Below are positions 16,005-38,428 of a stretch of DNA of 64,000 nucleotides, in pieces (within the stretch, counting starts at the first letter, position 1; each line of letters starts with the position of its first letter). The stretch lies in assembly GCF_009914755.1 (NCBI RefSeq), contig NC_060948.1. One strand, 5' to 3'. The notes beneath the pieces were generated by a model. It was not told the DNA's origin. It saw only the letters and a program-made list of their open reading frames with translations, and searched no databases. Source of the DNA: the human T2T-CHM13v2.0 reference genome, Homo sapiens. The position numbers and the translations under genes were made by a program.

Positions 16005-16172
16005 GTGACTAAAGAAGAAGACACTGGAATGAAAGAGAAGCATGTTTAGGAAGAGAATAGTATCCTCTCATGAATAATAAAAGATTTGTCTTTCCCTTCA
16101 CCATACTTCTCCCTCTAATGTGGGCTAAAATTTGAAGACAAACACAAACACCTCTTCTCTGTTTTCTATCAG

Positions 16173-16306
16173 AAAGTCCTGGAATTGTGCAAAAACGGCA
16201 CCTGAGCATCCTACAAGTCAGCACTTGTGCCCAATTTTGGCTCAAGCTGAATGAACTCACTTTCTGGGTGGAGGCCAAGAAAGCCATGTGGATGGCTGAC
16301 TATCAG
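16173..16306 (+). pseudogene. PRSSLY: PRSSLY-like protease domain A, exon 3 of 4
   Basis: ttctatcag|...CAG|gtgaca; SPGIVQKRHLSILQVSTCAQFWLKLNELTFWVEAKKAMWMADYQ. Confidence 0.7.
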
Positions 16307-16423
16307 GTGACAAATTCATGGGGTATAAATATCAGGGAGAAAGAGGAATATCTTGAAAACCAAAAGTTACTTCTGGCCCTCCTTTAAAATATTGTTTGAT
16401 ATCTTGCCTCTTGTTTCTTGCAA

Positions 16424-16721
16424 GGTGACTTGGGAGCACCTTTCGTATGCCATCTACAGCAAGAGGACACTTGGGTGCAAGTGGGAATCTTGAGTCACTT
16501 TGAGGACCATTGCACAAAGCCCTAGGTCTTCAGCCAAGTGCACCCTTTCCTTTTCTGACTCCAGGGAGTGACACAGTCTAGCTATGCTCCCTGGTACAAG
16601 CAAGGGCCCATGACTACCTCTGCTTCTATGTCCCATTCAGTCTCTACCTCTACAAATGCTTCAGCTTTTACCTCCACCCCTGCTTCTCTTTGGCCACACT
16701 TCTCTCTGCCACAGCCTCAGA
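16424..16721 (+). pseudogene. PRSSLY: PRSSLY-like protease domain A, exon 4 of 4, plus S/T-rich linker
   Basis: GDLGAPFVCHLQQEDTWVQVGILSHFEDHCTKP*VFSQVHPFLF*LQGVT matches GDSGGPLVC..W.QVGI.S; stops at 16523 and 16556; acceptor reads AA; donor |gtaagg. Confidence 0.8.
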
Positions 16722-18165
16722 GTAAGGCTCAAAAACTTGGTAGAGGTAATAAAGGAAGAAGAGAATGGAATTAGAAAAGAAGAGAGGGAAGCAGAGAGGA
16801 AAGAAAGCTCTTCCTGTAAAATATATGAGTTTTTTATCTACCAAATCACAGAAATTATTTTTATCGTGGTTTACAAAGGTATTTCACACTTGATCTATGA
16901 TTCAATTTCCATTGTATCCCTGTATGATATAGATTACTGTATAATATAGGTCATGAAACATGATTACTATAGTTATGTTAATTGCTTACTCTTATACTAG
17001 ATAAGTAGAATGGATTGTTCAAGTTCTTATGGCAAAAGATGAATAGGACTAACATTAAGACACACTCTCCTAACACAAAGTCATTTCTACCACACAGTAT
17101 CTTACATGTGTAATAGAATTATTTTGAATTGAATATATTTTAAGTTAAAGACATTATGATGTTTGGAAACAGCATAGCAGTTGGTAAGTAATGTGTTTTA
17201 GGTGCTGGTGTACTAGACTGTATTACATTGTGATTATCAGTTTCCTCCTTCCCTTGGCTATCAGAAAACCTATCACAATATTAGCAATGGCTATTTCACA
17301 TTACTGTACTTCCACTTATTTCCTTAGAAACTGAGGGATCTCTTTTGGTGTCATGTACTAAATGTGCACTTAACCACAGCTATATTATAGCTAACACCTA
17401 TTGTCATAGCTACAGTGAATAACACATTAAAACACAAAGGAGGCCACAATTATTTGCTCACATTCTGCAAAGTCTGATTCAAAGACAACTACACTTAAGA
17501 TCATAGTTATGCTTCTAATTTCATCTATATTTCCTCACCTCTTCTAGAGAGAGCCTATCTTCATCGTTTTTATATCTGTAATATGTGCATTAACTGGCAT
17601 TGCTTCAACTCAGTTTTCTGAGAAACTCTCAAATGTTTTTTAAAATATGAGCTATTTCCTTAACCCCAAACTTGAATGTTCTATTTAAACTGTCATTCTG
17701 ATATCACACTAAGATTGTAAGTTCAGGAAGATAAGCTCCCTCCAATTTAGAGACAGGAGCCTTATCTCCAAATTTTTCCTTGTTTATCTAATATCTCCAA
17801 ATCAAATAATTTTTTGTTGCCCATCTACTTTGATAACTTTTAAGTAGCTAAAATCATAGCTATGTAAAGGTTGCAATGGGGAGAAAGCTGGAATGACTCC
17901 CAGTACTTTGACTGAAGAAATTTAAGTTAGGACATAAAGAAACTGTGAACTTAGAAAAATAGTAAAAGGAAAACTTTTTTTTTTTTTCAGAAAAATGTAA
18001 AAACAAAAACAAAGGAAAAACAGAAAAGAGGTAGAAGTTTGTGTTTGCTAGTCATATTTAACAATGCTGACCTGGTTAGCAGAAATAGGAGGGATCTAAA
18101 TTTTTTTTTAAATGGTCTACATGTGGCAATTCTATTCAAATTAATTGTGTGAATTTTCCCCTTGG

Positions 18166-18301
18166 CTTTGGCAGATCAGATTTATCTGCGATATGCCATG
18201 CCTTGGAAGGCTGTCATCATCATCTGTGGGAGTCAGATCTGCAGTGGTTCCATAGTTGGCAGCTCTTGGATTCTCACAGCTGCCCACTGTGTCAGGAACA
18301 T
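18166..18301 (+). pseudogene. PRSSLY: PRSSLY-like protease domain B, exon 1 of 4
   Basis: YAMPWKAVIIICGSQICSGSIVGSSWILTAAHCVRN|gtaagt with an intact LTAAHC (His codon 18285-18287); the acceptor reads GG. Not shown in the supplied ORF track. Confidence 0.85.
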
Positions 18302-18665
18302 GTAAGTTTGTGCCTGCCTCTTCCCATGTCCTATAATTCATTATCCCATAATTACATTGCTGGAAGTTTATCTGTCCAAATTCACTTCTATAATGCATGA
18401 CCATCTCACTTATACAATAACTTTTTTGTTTTAGGCTAAAAAGAAATTGCCTCACTGTGTTTGGCTTATTAGTACCTCTGTTAGTTATCTCCTCTGCAAC
18501 CCCATTGTCTGTGGACTCTTTATTCATAGATTTCTGATTTCAATGAAGATGAGCTAGGAACCTTGTGTATCATGACAAAAGCGATATTCCGGAAAGCCTG
18601 ATGTAGGTTTAAGGTTCAGGTTTTCTAATGATTGTACTGTAATAAATCTTTGCCTATGCACTCAG

Positions 18666-18913
18666 GGATCCTGAAGACACTGCTGTGATACTGGGCCTGA
18701 GGCACCCTGAGGCACCACTGAGAGTTGTGAAGGTGTCTACCATTCTACTGCATGACAGATTCTGGTTGGTGACTGAGGCAGCAAGAAATATTCTGGAATT
18801 GCTACTCCTCCACGATGTCCAGACTCCCATTTGGCTCTTATCACTCTTGGGCTATCTGAGGAACCTGAATAGTTCAGAATGCTGGCTCTCTAGGCCACAT
18901 ATTGTTACACCAG
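18666..18913 (+). pseudogene. PRSSLY: PRSSLY-like protease domain B, exon 2 of 4
   Basis: ctcag|...G|gtcagt with compatible phases; DPEDTAVILGLRHPEAPLRVVKVSTILLHDRF...NSSECWLS. Confidence 0.8.
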
Positions 18914-19379
18914 GTCAGTGGTTATTTTTCTTATTAGCGTAGTTGTTCTAAAAAAATGAGGTTCATATTTTTAATATTATGATTCAAGGCATAAGTGTAA
19001 TCACATTTGTATACATTATTAATTATAAGATATTTAATCCACATCAGAGACCCACTAGGAGATTTGTTTTTGTTTTATAAGATGATGGTTCTGATGATGA
19101 CTTCACAGGATTTTAGATCTAACAAAAATTATATGAGGAACTTTCTCTGTACAGTCCAGATTTGTAAAGCAAGGTAGAGATGACTTCCTTCCCAACTCTT
19201 TTCTCACTTCGGTACAAAGGAAAAAGAAGGGTTTTGTATTGTTTTGTTTCATTTTTACTTCTTTATGAAAATGTAGCTTAACTTGACTTGGAATTTTGAA
19301 TTTCAAAGGTAAAAATTGACTTGTTAATTTTGCAGAGTAGAATTTAAAATGTTATTAAAAAGTGACAAGTCTGTCTTCA

Positions 19380-19672
19380 TTGACTCACCCCGGTAATTCC
19401 AGCAATGTGGGAGCTTAAACTAAGAGGACACTTTGAGTCCAGGAATTTGATACCAGCTTCAGCAATATAGCAGGACTTCATCACTAAACACGTAAACAAA
19501 AACAAAGCCTGGTTGATGTTGCACACAGGTAGTCCCAGCTATGTGGGAGGCTGAGGCAGGACGATGGCTTGAGCCCAGAGGTCGAGGCTGCAGTAAGTGA
19601 AGATTGTGCCAATGCACTCCAGCCTGGGTGACCAAAGAAGAACTTGTCTCAAACAAACAAACAAACAAAAAA
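19380..19672 (+). mobile_element. Old Alu (AluJ-like)
   Basis: Diverged Alu dimer with aaac tail. Confidence 0.75.
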
Positions 19673-19673
19673 A

Positions 19674-20067
<394 letters not shown>

Positions 20068-20177
20068 TTAAAGTAATGACGAGACAGAAGTGATGAGACA
20101 AATCGTAGTCTTATCTTAATACTTAGGGTTTAAATTTAACATATATTCTTAAGGATATAGTCCATTTGTCTTTCTAG

Positions 20178-20309
20178 GAGGGACCAATGACAATCCAGAA
20201 ATGTTAGGCACAAGTGATGAAAGCTTCCAGCTGTGCCCACCTGTACCCTGACATAGGCAGTTCCATTGTTTGCTTCATTACTCAGGACAAAAACTCTGAT
20301 GAAATTGTG
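20178..20309 (+). pseudogene. PRSSLY: PRSSLY-like protease domain B, exon 3 of 4 (one frameshift)
   Basis: tttctag|...GTG|gtacat; GTNDNPEMLG / QVMKASSCAHLYPDIGSSIVCFITQDKNSDEIV. Confidence 0.7.
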
Positions 20310-20848
20310 GTACATCATCAATTTTTTTCTTACTACATGATAGAAACTATAACTTTGTTCCTATACAAAGGGGTGTATACTGCATATGCCTAAATGATAA
20401 ATATAAGTGAATTATTGATCAGTAGGAAACCATTTTAAAATTCTTTAATTACAGAACAAAGTCTCTAAAAAAAATCTGTTTTTAATCTCTGAGTTTTCTT
20501 ACATACGATTTCAATCTCTAGCCATACTGTATAGCTATTATGCTGCTGTACACACAAATCAGACATTCTATATTATTCTCTTATTCTAATAATAGTATCT
20601 TTACACCTCAGAGTTTAAAACGAGTCTCACCTTTTTCTATTTCCCCAATTAAAATAACTTTTTAACATTTAATCTTCAGTGATTTTTTGTAGTAATATTT
20701 TTGAAGGTATTTCATCAGGATGATTTATTATGCACTTATCTGATGTCTCCTTTTCTTCTGAATACATGTTTTAATATCTACTTATTAAATCTATGATTAA
20801 TAATTTGGAATAGGGATTTAAATCCAAATTCTATGTTGGAATTTACAG

Positions 20849-21240
20849 GAGTCAGTGAGCCTACGAAAAGCATTTATGTGCAGACCAGTATCTGACAATG
20901 GCAGTTGGAGACAAATAGGCTTCACCAGTCTCAAAGCCCTAGCTACTACAGTGAGTCCACATTTGTCCTGGATATTATCTACTTCAGCAAAAGAAGGTCA
21001 CTCAATAAACCAGGCCCTTGTGCCTTGGGTAGAAACTCCGAACTCCTCTAGTCTCCTTAAACAACCAACCACACTGCCACTTTCCTCAATAATAATTACG
21101 GCAGCCCAGGGACTTTGGTAGCCTAGTGACTATAACTACTGATGCCACAGTCTGGTCACAGTATGATAAAACGCCAGAGCATCAACAAGGAAAATTTTGA
21201 CTTAGCCTTCCAAAATCTATCTAAATATACCTTCAATAAA
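20849..21240 (+). pseudogene. PRSSLY: PRSSLY-like terminal exon (stop 21119-21121, AATAAA 21235-21240)
   Basis: ttacag| in phase 0; ESVSLRKAFMCRPVSDNGSWRQIGFTS...VSPHLSWI matches the C-terminal trypsin C...W.Q.G..S...WI pattern. Confidence 0.75.
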
Positions 21241-21734
21241 TATGGCTTTTCTTCGTAATAACTGCTTTCTACTACTTCCTGAACTAATGCATGGCCTTGG
21301 ATTGTTTTCATTCTTGAAAATGATTCAAAAGTTCATATTTAACATGAACGTGAATGCAGGATTTTATTTATCAGCAAAAAAAATTTTCAAAATGATGCGA
21401 AATACAAATGTGGAATTGTATTTGTGAATATTAGTCTTTCAAATTATATTTTTATCCCAACTAACTCACACAATGTTTTGTAACTATCTGCATATTCTCC
21501 TCAGGTGGGGGAAAAACAGTATCAGAGTTCTTGAAGAATTTATGAAAAAGAAAATGACAATACTATACAAGGTTTAACCTATTCACAATACTGTATTTAG
21601 TGAATGAAAACATTACTTTTAAAATCCTACTTAAGTATTGAGTAAATAAATAAAGCATATTATTTCAATAACTCTAAAATACGTGTTCACGAAGACAATA
21701 CAACAAGGGTTAAAATACATAAACAAACAAATGA

Positions 21735-22050
21735 GGCCGGGCATCATGGCTTGCACCTGTAAGCCCAGCATTTTAAGAGGCCAAGGCGGGCAGATCACTT
21801 GAGGTCAGGAGTTTGAGACCAGCATGGCAAATATGGTGAAACCTCATGTCAACTAAAAATACAAAAATCAGCTGGACATGGTGGCATGCGCCTGTAATCA
21901 CACCTCCTTGGGAAGGCTGAGGCAGCGGAATCGCTTGAAGCTGGGAGACTAAAGTTGAGGTGAGCTGAGATCATGACACTTCCCTCCTGCCTGGGTTACA
22001 GAGCCAGACTCTGTCTCAACACACACACACACACATACACACACACACAA
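21735..22050 (+). mobile_element. AluS with (CA)n tail
   Basis: ggccgggcatcatggcttgcacctgtaagcccagc...gaggtcaggagtttgagaccagc; acacacac tail. Confidence 0.9.
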
Positions 22051-22599
22051 ATCTAAAAAAATGGAAAAAAAAATCTGTACTAGAAAAAGAGCTCACAGGC
22101 AAACTCACATATCTAACAGGAAAAAAATGTCCTTTAAACAAAGGTGGCACAAGAGGCAAATTTAAAAAAAACAAATGTATCAGCTTGCATATAAAGTACA
22201 AATAATATACTGAAGAGAACCACAAGGGGAAAAAAATCAAAATTTATAAGTATGTACTCTAAAAGAAGCTGAAAGTCACTTAAAAATTTTCTGGATTCTA
22301 TGTCTCTATATTGCAAAAATGATCATAAAATTTGCAGGAGCAGAACAATCAAAATCTATCTTAAAACTCAGTAAGCACTTCAAGTCTCACATAAGAATTG
22401 TAACAGAAAATGGATGTGTCTGCAGTATTTCCACACAAATCTGAACAAACACTATTTCTTCATACTCTTTGTTTCACTATTCTAAGAAAATAACCTCCAT
22501 ATTAATATTAGGTGATGCGACAAAGCAGGTCTTCATCATGATAAGCAACACTGGGTGTCCACACCAGTACCCAAGTGGGTCTTAATTCCCGGCCAGTTT

Positions 22600-24810
22600 C
22601 CCTCCCTGGGCACATACCAGAGGAGTCAGCCATTTTGCAGTCTCTTCACATTTCCTCCTCTGAGCCCAATGTGGTCCTCCAGATTCTCTGTGTAGTGGCC
22701 TCTTTTGTCTGGGTAGCAGGGAAGTGTGAGTGAAGACGGCAGAAAGGAGAAATCACGTCAGGGGAGCCTGGGTTCATCGTAACCGAAAATGATGGGCCTG
22801 GGAGAGCCATTCTGGGAGGACGCAGACCTAGACAGGCCTTGGGGGGACATCTGCATGGAGGGTGAGAGGGCCCTGGTTGAGCCCAAACTGAGCCCCAAGT
22901 GTTAGTCAGCCTCAGGGTGGGGAAGGGAGCCAACTAGAGATGTTGAGCAAGTTATCCCTTAAGACTTGCTTCTCACCCACTGACCTTAGACACTTATGCC
23001 TCTCAGGTGACTTAAGGTGCCCTAATCCTGAAATGTGAGTGTTACAGTTCCCTGAAGTCCGTTTCTCCTTCAGCCCATGGATGGCCTGGGATTGCTCACT
23101 GCAGTCTCTTCCCTGAAGCTTGGGTTCTCCTAACCTGACCTCCTCTCTGTTCCCTCTCTAATGGCCTCCCTCCCTCGGGAAGTACTGAAGGGGATTGAGC
23201 CACAGGCCCTGGCTGATGATCTGGGGGACTGAAGAAGGGGGTACAGGACAGGTCAGGTCATGGCTCAAAGCCAGTTCCCCAGAGGCCAAGGAATGACCAG
23301 CAAGGTTTTTCCCATGATGCCCCACCGTGGCACCCATCTCAGCAATCCTGCCGGGACCTGGGTAGCCAGGGGCAACCAACCAGCTGAAGAAGGTCAGATG
23401 TAGGTGTACTGCCTGCAGCTGGAGGCTTGACCTTCATGATCCCACAACCACTGGACTGCAGTGGAATGAGACACCCTGTTTCTTGGAGGGATAGGAATCA
23501 GGAAGGTTCATGCCAGACATACCCTCCCACACACAACCTCCCCTACCTTGCTGGGAGGCACTCCTTACCAAGGATGCCAACGCAGTACTCCTGAATGATC
23601 ACTTCATTGTGGAAGTAAAGGCTGTTACAAAAGGAAACCTTCATCCTGATGCCAGTACCTGGGGTGGCTGAGTTCCTCCATCTACCTGGTCAAGAAGGAG
23701 AAACAGGATGGACTCAAAGGACCATTTCATGTAGCTGGACTGAAGTGGCCTGCTAGCTGGAGTGAAGCATGTGTTTCCCCTTCTCAGCTGTCCTGCTTAG
23801 ACACCCCTGGGCCCCAGGGGGACCGCAACCTCACCCAGGCACTGGACCACTCCCACAGATTCAGGCTCAGCAGCCTAACCTGCAAATCCATCATGTAGCT
23901 CAGCAGGACTTCATCATTTGTGACCCTGGTCCATATCTGGGCCCAAGTCTTGAGCACCATGTGTTTCTGGGGTAAGCCTGCTGGACACAGGCACAGGGAA
24001 TAGGGGTAGTTCCATGGCTGGCATGGGCATAGAGACTCCCCTTCCTCCAGGGACTTTCCCAGGGAAATGTGCCCTTCGACTTTCTGCAGTGCATAAAGGG
24101 TCCTTTGCGCTCCTATTCTCTCTTGTGAGTGCTGTGCTTTGCTTCCTGTCCCTACTCTACGTGCTCTCAGGGCAACTGCAAGCAAGCTGCCCTCCTATCT
24201 GCAGAAGTCTGGCCTCTGCTCCCTTCATTGTTCCTCATCCCCTGACTCCTGGATGACCTCCAGTGCCTACCAGCTGGCTCCCCGCAACCCTGCTCCTGGG
24301 ACCTAGGCGCCCACCCCCTGCTGCCAGCCATCCCGAATTAGCAGCTGCGAAGACATGGCTCTGGCCCGGAAACCGGGGATGCCCTGTGGCTTGAGGCATT
24401 TACAAAGCCCAGCTGCAAATGATGGACCTCCAGCGAGTCCGTTGCGGGCCGGGGCATACTGGGGCCAGGGCCCGGCTCTGCCCAGTGGTCCTCCTGCTGC
24501 TGCTCCACGTCGGCCTCTTCCTTGGCCACCACTTCCACTTCTGTCGTGATGTCATTTACCAGGAGCACGCCTCTTCCCCCCAGGCCGCCCTCTCCCGCAG
24601 AGCCTCCAGACTTAACACGGTGCCCTCCTAGGGCTCCCACAGACCAAGGTCTGAGCCGCCCACCCCACGCCCCTGGCACCCCTAGACTCTGGGGGCCGCT
24701 CCTCGAGAGGCCCGGGGGCCTCGCCTAGCTGAGAATCACGGTCTCACACCTACGTGGACCCAGGATTCCTGGGGAGTCCCGCAGGGCCCACAGTCCGCCG
24801 CAGTCACCAT
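22600..24810 (-). pseudogene. TSPY: TSPY-like multi-exon pseudogene, copy 1 (possibly TSPY22P)
   Basis: Minus-strand exon peptides: EGTVLSLEAL, VLLVNDITTEVEVVAKEE, QGIPGFRARA, VTNDEVLLSYMMDLQ, FHNEVIIQEYCVGIL, LTFFSW...GPGRIAE, IISQGLWLNPLQYFPR. These are TSPY/NAP-SET motifs with frameshifts and deletions. Confidence 0.85.
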
Positions 24811-25439
24811 GAGGTCCAGATTCCCTGCATGGTTAGCTGCATACAGGAGCCATAGGCAGAGGCCCTGGACTTCCAGAGCCCCGCTAGCAGGCACCGCGGC
24901 CGGTGGGTGCTGCACTCACAGCAGCCTCTGCGCCACCAAGGCAGTGAACACAGGTCATTGGATGGGCGACCACGGCAGCTTGTCTCTGGTGTGCCCAGGG
25001 CATAGGACAAGAGATCCTTTGGAATACCCCTGGGAGTGCAACATCCTAGGGAGGATGCATGGAACTTGGAGTCTGTATTTCCCTAGATCTGAAAGAGTCC
25101 TTGCGGGGTTTTGAATTCCGGTGCTGACGAATTCCACCCCAGGAAGGTGCCAGATGACTTTCCTCCCAGATGCCCCCTCGGCCCCACTCCCCGAAAACCA
25201 CCGCCGCTGCCCTTGCCCCAGCAGGCAGGACTAGACCCTCTCTCTTGCCTCTGGATCTCCAATATTCAGTACCATCAGCCTAGCCTGCCTAATGAAGTGA
25301 GATGTTTCATGTGTTCCCTGTGAGTCAATGGCTTGCGGCACTCAGGATGCCAGTTAGGGTATAGGTCTTCCATGTCACAATTCCAAAGGGCTCACAGTCT
25401 GCGTGTGCCTGAACCCACCACCACCTTGCACAAGCATCT

Positions 25440-25600
25440 TCTCAGAGGAGGACTACCGCGGGAGGATGGAGCTGCAGGCCACCCAGGGGAGGGGCTCCTC
25501 AGGAGACGCCTACCGCTCTTGCAATAATTGGCAGATGCCCACTGCCTTCCCAATGATTGGCTGGAGGTAGGCGTGATTTCCGGGCATGGCTTCCCACTCA
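25440..25600 (+). promoter_or_regulatory. Putative RBMY promoter: GC-rich with CCAAT/ATTGG boxes
   Basis: aataattggc (~25525) and ccaatgattggc (~25550) just upstream of the presumed non-coding exon 1; CpG-enriched relative to flanks. Confidence 0.5.
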
Positions 25601-26459
25601 GGCCAGCTGCAGCGGTCTTTCCTGCAGTTGGCCCTGTGGTGTCCCGAAGCCGGATGCATACGACCTGAGTGACGGGAGACCCTGAGGCTGTTTGTCCTCC
25701 TGAAAAGCACCTGTATTTTCTGTTTCTCTGGACAGGTTGGTCTCTCGGCAAGACTAGAAAGCAAAGGTTTGGGATTTTGTCTATAAAAGCGAATGGGCTT
25801 TCTATATGTGGGCTTGAATTAAGGGAGGAGACAGTGGGGAGAGAACTCCTTAGTGCTCTAAAGAAACTCATTTTTGTTAAACTCTTTGATTTTTCTTGAA
25901 GATTCTACCTTTAACTGTCGGACATATCTGACATGTGGGCAAGTTCTGGGAGATGGTGCTAAGGCGCCATTGTTTTCATGGGCACTTTTTATTAAAGCAG
26001 TTTTTCTCTGTGAATGTCGTCATAATTCAAAATACAGGCAACATACTTAACCACTGCGATTAAAAACCCGTACTTTAGTCAGCACATGTCACATATGTGA
26101 TTTGCTTGGCGGGAATTATCAAATTTTGACGTATTTTAGTGTATGTAGAAGTCTGGGGCCATAAATAACCTCGGTTTAAATTTGCCTCTGTAAAGCCTGT
26201 AATTGTCTCCTTCCTTGTATGACAGTATTTGAAACATGTTTCATGTATCTGTGGCACCTAAGTAATTTAAACCGAATAAGTGGGTGTAATGGAGTTAAAT
26301 GGAGTTGGATAGACTTAAACGAAAACAAAATAAATCTGCTTGTTATTCTACTATCTTCACACACTGACTTACTTTTGTAATCCTAGCATTTTGGGAAGTG
26401 CAGGTAGGAGGATGGCTTGAGGTCAGGAGTTGGAGACCAGCCTGAATAACATAATGGGC

Positions 26460-26850
26460 TCCTTTACTCTATTGCCATTTTCGCACCAGGGACCGGTTGG
26501 TGGAAGACAATGTTTCCTCAGACAAGTGTTGCCCAGCGGAAGAAGGCAGTGAGATGGACACGTTTAGGGGTACGGGCTGGCGGCAGGGCCCCGAGGGGCA
26601 CGTGGTGGGGCGGGGCTTCTGGTGGAAGAGGTGTGAGAGGGGGCAGGTGGGGCAGTGGGGCTGTCACCGGGACAGGGTGGGGCAGGAGGGGTGGGAGGCG
26701 GCTAGGGAGGTTTCCGGATGAAACTGTGCCACCTCAGGTCATCCTCAGGCGTTACATTCTCCACAGACAGGTATTACAGGTTATCCTCAGGCATTACATT
26801 CAGGCCACAGACAGGTATGGCGTGAAGGCCAGTGTTTGGGGATCCTTGAT
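26460..26850 (+). mobile_element. MER1-type (hAT-Charlie) DNA transposon fossil with a G-rich interior
   Basis: ttttcgcaccagggaccggttggtggaagacaatgtttcc and ggatgaaactgtgccacctcaggtcatc...ggcgttacattctc resemble the recalled MER1 consensus. Confidence 0.65.
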
Positions 26851-26954
26851 CTATTATATATTTCAAATCACTAAAAGATGCTAAAATACTTAAAATGATC
26901 TCCCCCTAGAACATTTTAATTAGCTTGATTTAATCTTTCATACAAATATCACGC

Positions 26955-27235
26955 TGGGTGTGGCGGTTCACACTTGAAATCCCATCACTTTGGTAGTCCC
27001 AGGCCAGTGGACTGCTTGAGCCCAGGAGTTGGAGACCAGTTTGGGCAATATAAGGAAAACCATGTCTATTTAAAAACAAACAAACAAACAAAAAAAACAC
27101 ACACACACAAAAATTGCCCAGCCAGCTACTTGGGAAGCTGAAGCGTGGGAGGATCAGTTGAGTCTGGGTGGAGGAGGCTGTAGTGAGCAGTGCACTTTAG
27201 CAACAGGAGATATACATCTCAAGAAAAAAAAATAC
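26955..27235 (+). mobile_element. Old Alu (AluJ-like)
   Basis: gctgggtgtggcggttcacacttgaaatcccatcactttgg...gcttgagcccaggagttggagacc. Confidence 0.8.
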
Positions 27236-27557
27236 ACAAAACATCACACCATACCTCATAAATATATAGTTTTCAAATAAAATTATTTAACTGGGAGCAT
27301 CCTTCATATTGCAACTTAGGAAAATTACAGTAGCTTTTCTTATCTAATTTTTATAAATTAGATTTTGTCACCTACATAATAAAATGCAGCATTTGTCCAT
27401 GAAGTCAGTGCCCCTTTTGCTCTGTATGTTATGAATTTTACATATTTAAACTAAGAAATACTAAAAAGATGTTAGCCTCTGGAAGGGACTTTTACTTGAA
27501 TTTCCAACACAGTATGTAATAAAATTTTATCTTTTTAGTTTGTCTATTTTTATCTAA

Positions 27558-37022
<9,465 letters not shown>

Positions 37023-38129
37023 GTCGGGAGAGTTACTCAAGGAGCTGTGGTGATTTTTATTCCCGTGATTGTGGGCACGTTGACAGAAAAGACCAAAGCA
37101 ATCTACCTTCTCTGGATAGGGTACACCCTGCTCCTTGTGAAACATGTGGTAGCTCAAGATATTTGTCATCTACAGGAGATGGTGGGGAAGGTGGATCTGA
37201 CAAAAGAGGCTGAAGCAGATATGAAAGCAAGTATTCAAATAATAGTTATTGCATACTAAACCTTGTTTGCAAATCGAAAATTGACCTGTTATTTCTGCAT
37301 TGTTACCTGCGTCTTACTAAAAGAAACATGTATGTTTTGTGGAGAGAGGTAGATACTAACTTCCTCCATGAATTTTTTGAGGTATTCAAAGGAATTTTAT
37401 TTCCAATAAATAAAGGGAATTTTATTTCCAAGTAATTTCATACTAGCTAATGCTATTTGAAAACTATCTGTTTAGATGTAATATCTACATTAAAATTTTC
37501 AGAATAAAATTTTACATGTAATGCAAAATGCCTAATGTTTTTGCTCAGCTGCACATGCTTAAAAGCAAATTCAATAAGAGAGTAAATTGCATTGTTTGTT
37601 GAACATTTTCCTTTATTTCTTTGAACATAAATAGATACAAAATTAGGCATATGTTATGTCTCCCTTGCAAGCTGCACAAGTTTTCTAAATAGGCTGTTTC
37701 TCTTTAAAAACTTACAAGCTTACAATGTTTGAGTAGTCTTCAGAAAGACTACAAGACTCTCTGCCTCACCATATGTTTATCCTTTAGAGGAATAGTACAG
37801 GTCAAAGGAAATAATTAGATGTGGTTGATATTAAAATTTAAGACATCCAGAACATTCTACTTGAAGCATTCTGTGACTGAAGAGGGATAATGCTAATGAA
37901 AACTTTTTTTTACCTAAATGAAAAGTGAACCAGCTAAGTTTCTCAAGTGCATAGCATAATGAAATTAAATTTTCCTAGTTTAAATGGTGGAAAGTAAGTG
38001 TTTGGTCTTGGGAGGTAGTCATGTTATTTTTTTCTTAAAAGTTTTGACAATGGTTGTTGTAAGTCATGGTGTAGTAATAAGTTGTTACAAATAGGAATAA
38101 TCTAGAGTGGTTGGAATTTTATCAGTTTT

Positions 38130-38428
38130 TTGTTTGTTTGTTTGTTTGTTTGTTTTGAGATGGGATGTAGCTTTGTCACCCAAGCAGGGGTGCAGTGGCT
38201 CCATCTTGGCTTACTACAACCTCCACCTTCTGGGTCCAATCTATTGTCCTGCCTCAGCATCTTGAGTAACTGGTATTAGATAAGTGTGCACTACAGCTGG
38301 CTAATTTTTTGTATTTTTAGTATAGACAGCGTTCCACCACACTTGCCAGCCTGTTCTTAAAATCCTGATCCACCCTCCTCAGACTGCCAAAGTTCTAGGA
38401 TTACAGGCATGAGCCACCACTCTCAGCC
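38130..38428 (-). mobile_element. Alu (diverged)
   Basis: (tttg)n tail; ggctaattttttgtatttttagta...ttacaggcatgagccacc. Confidence 0.85.
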
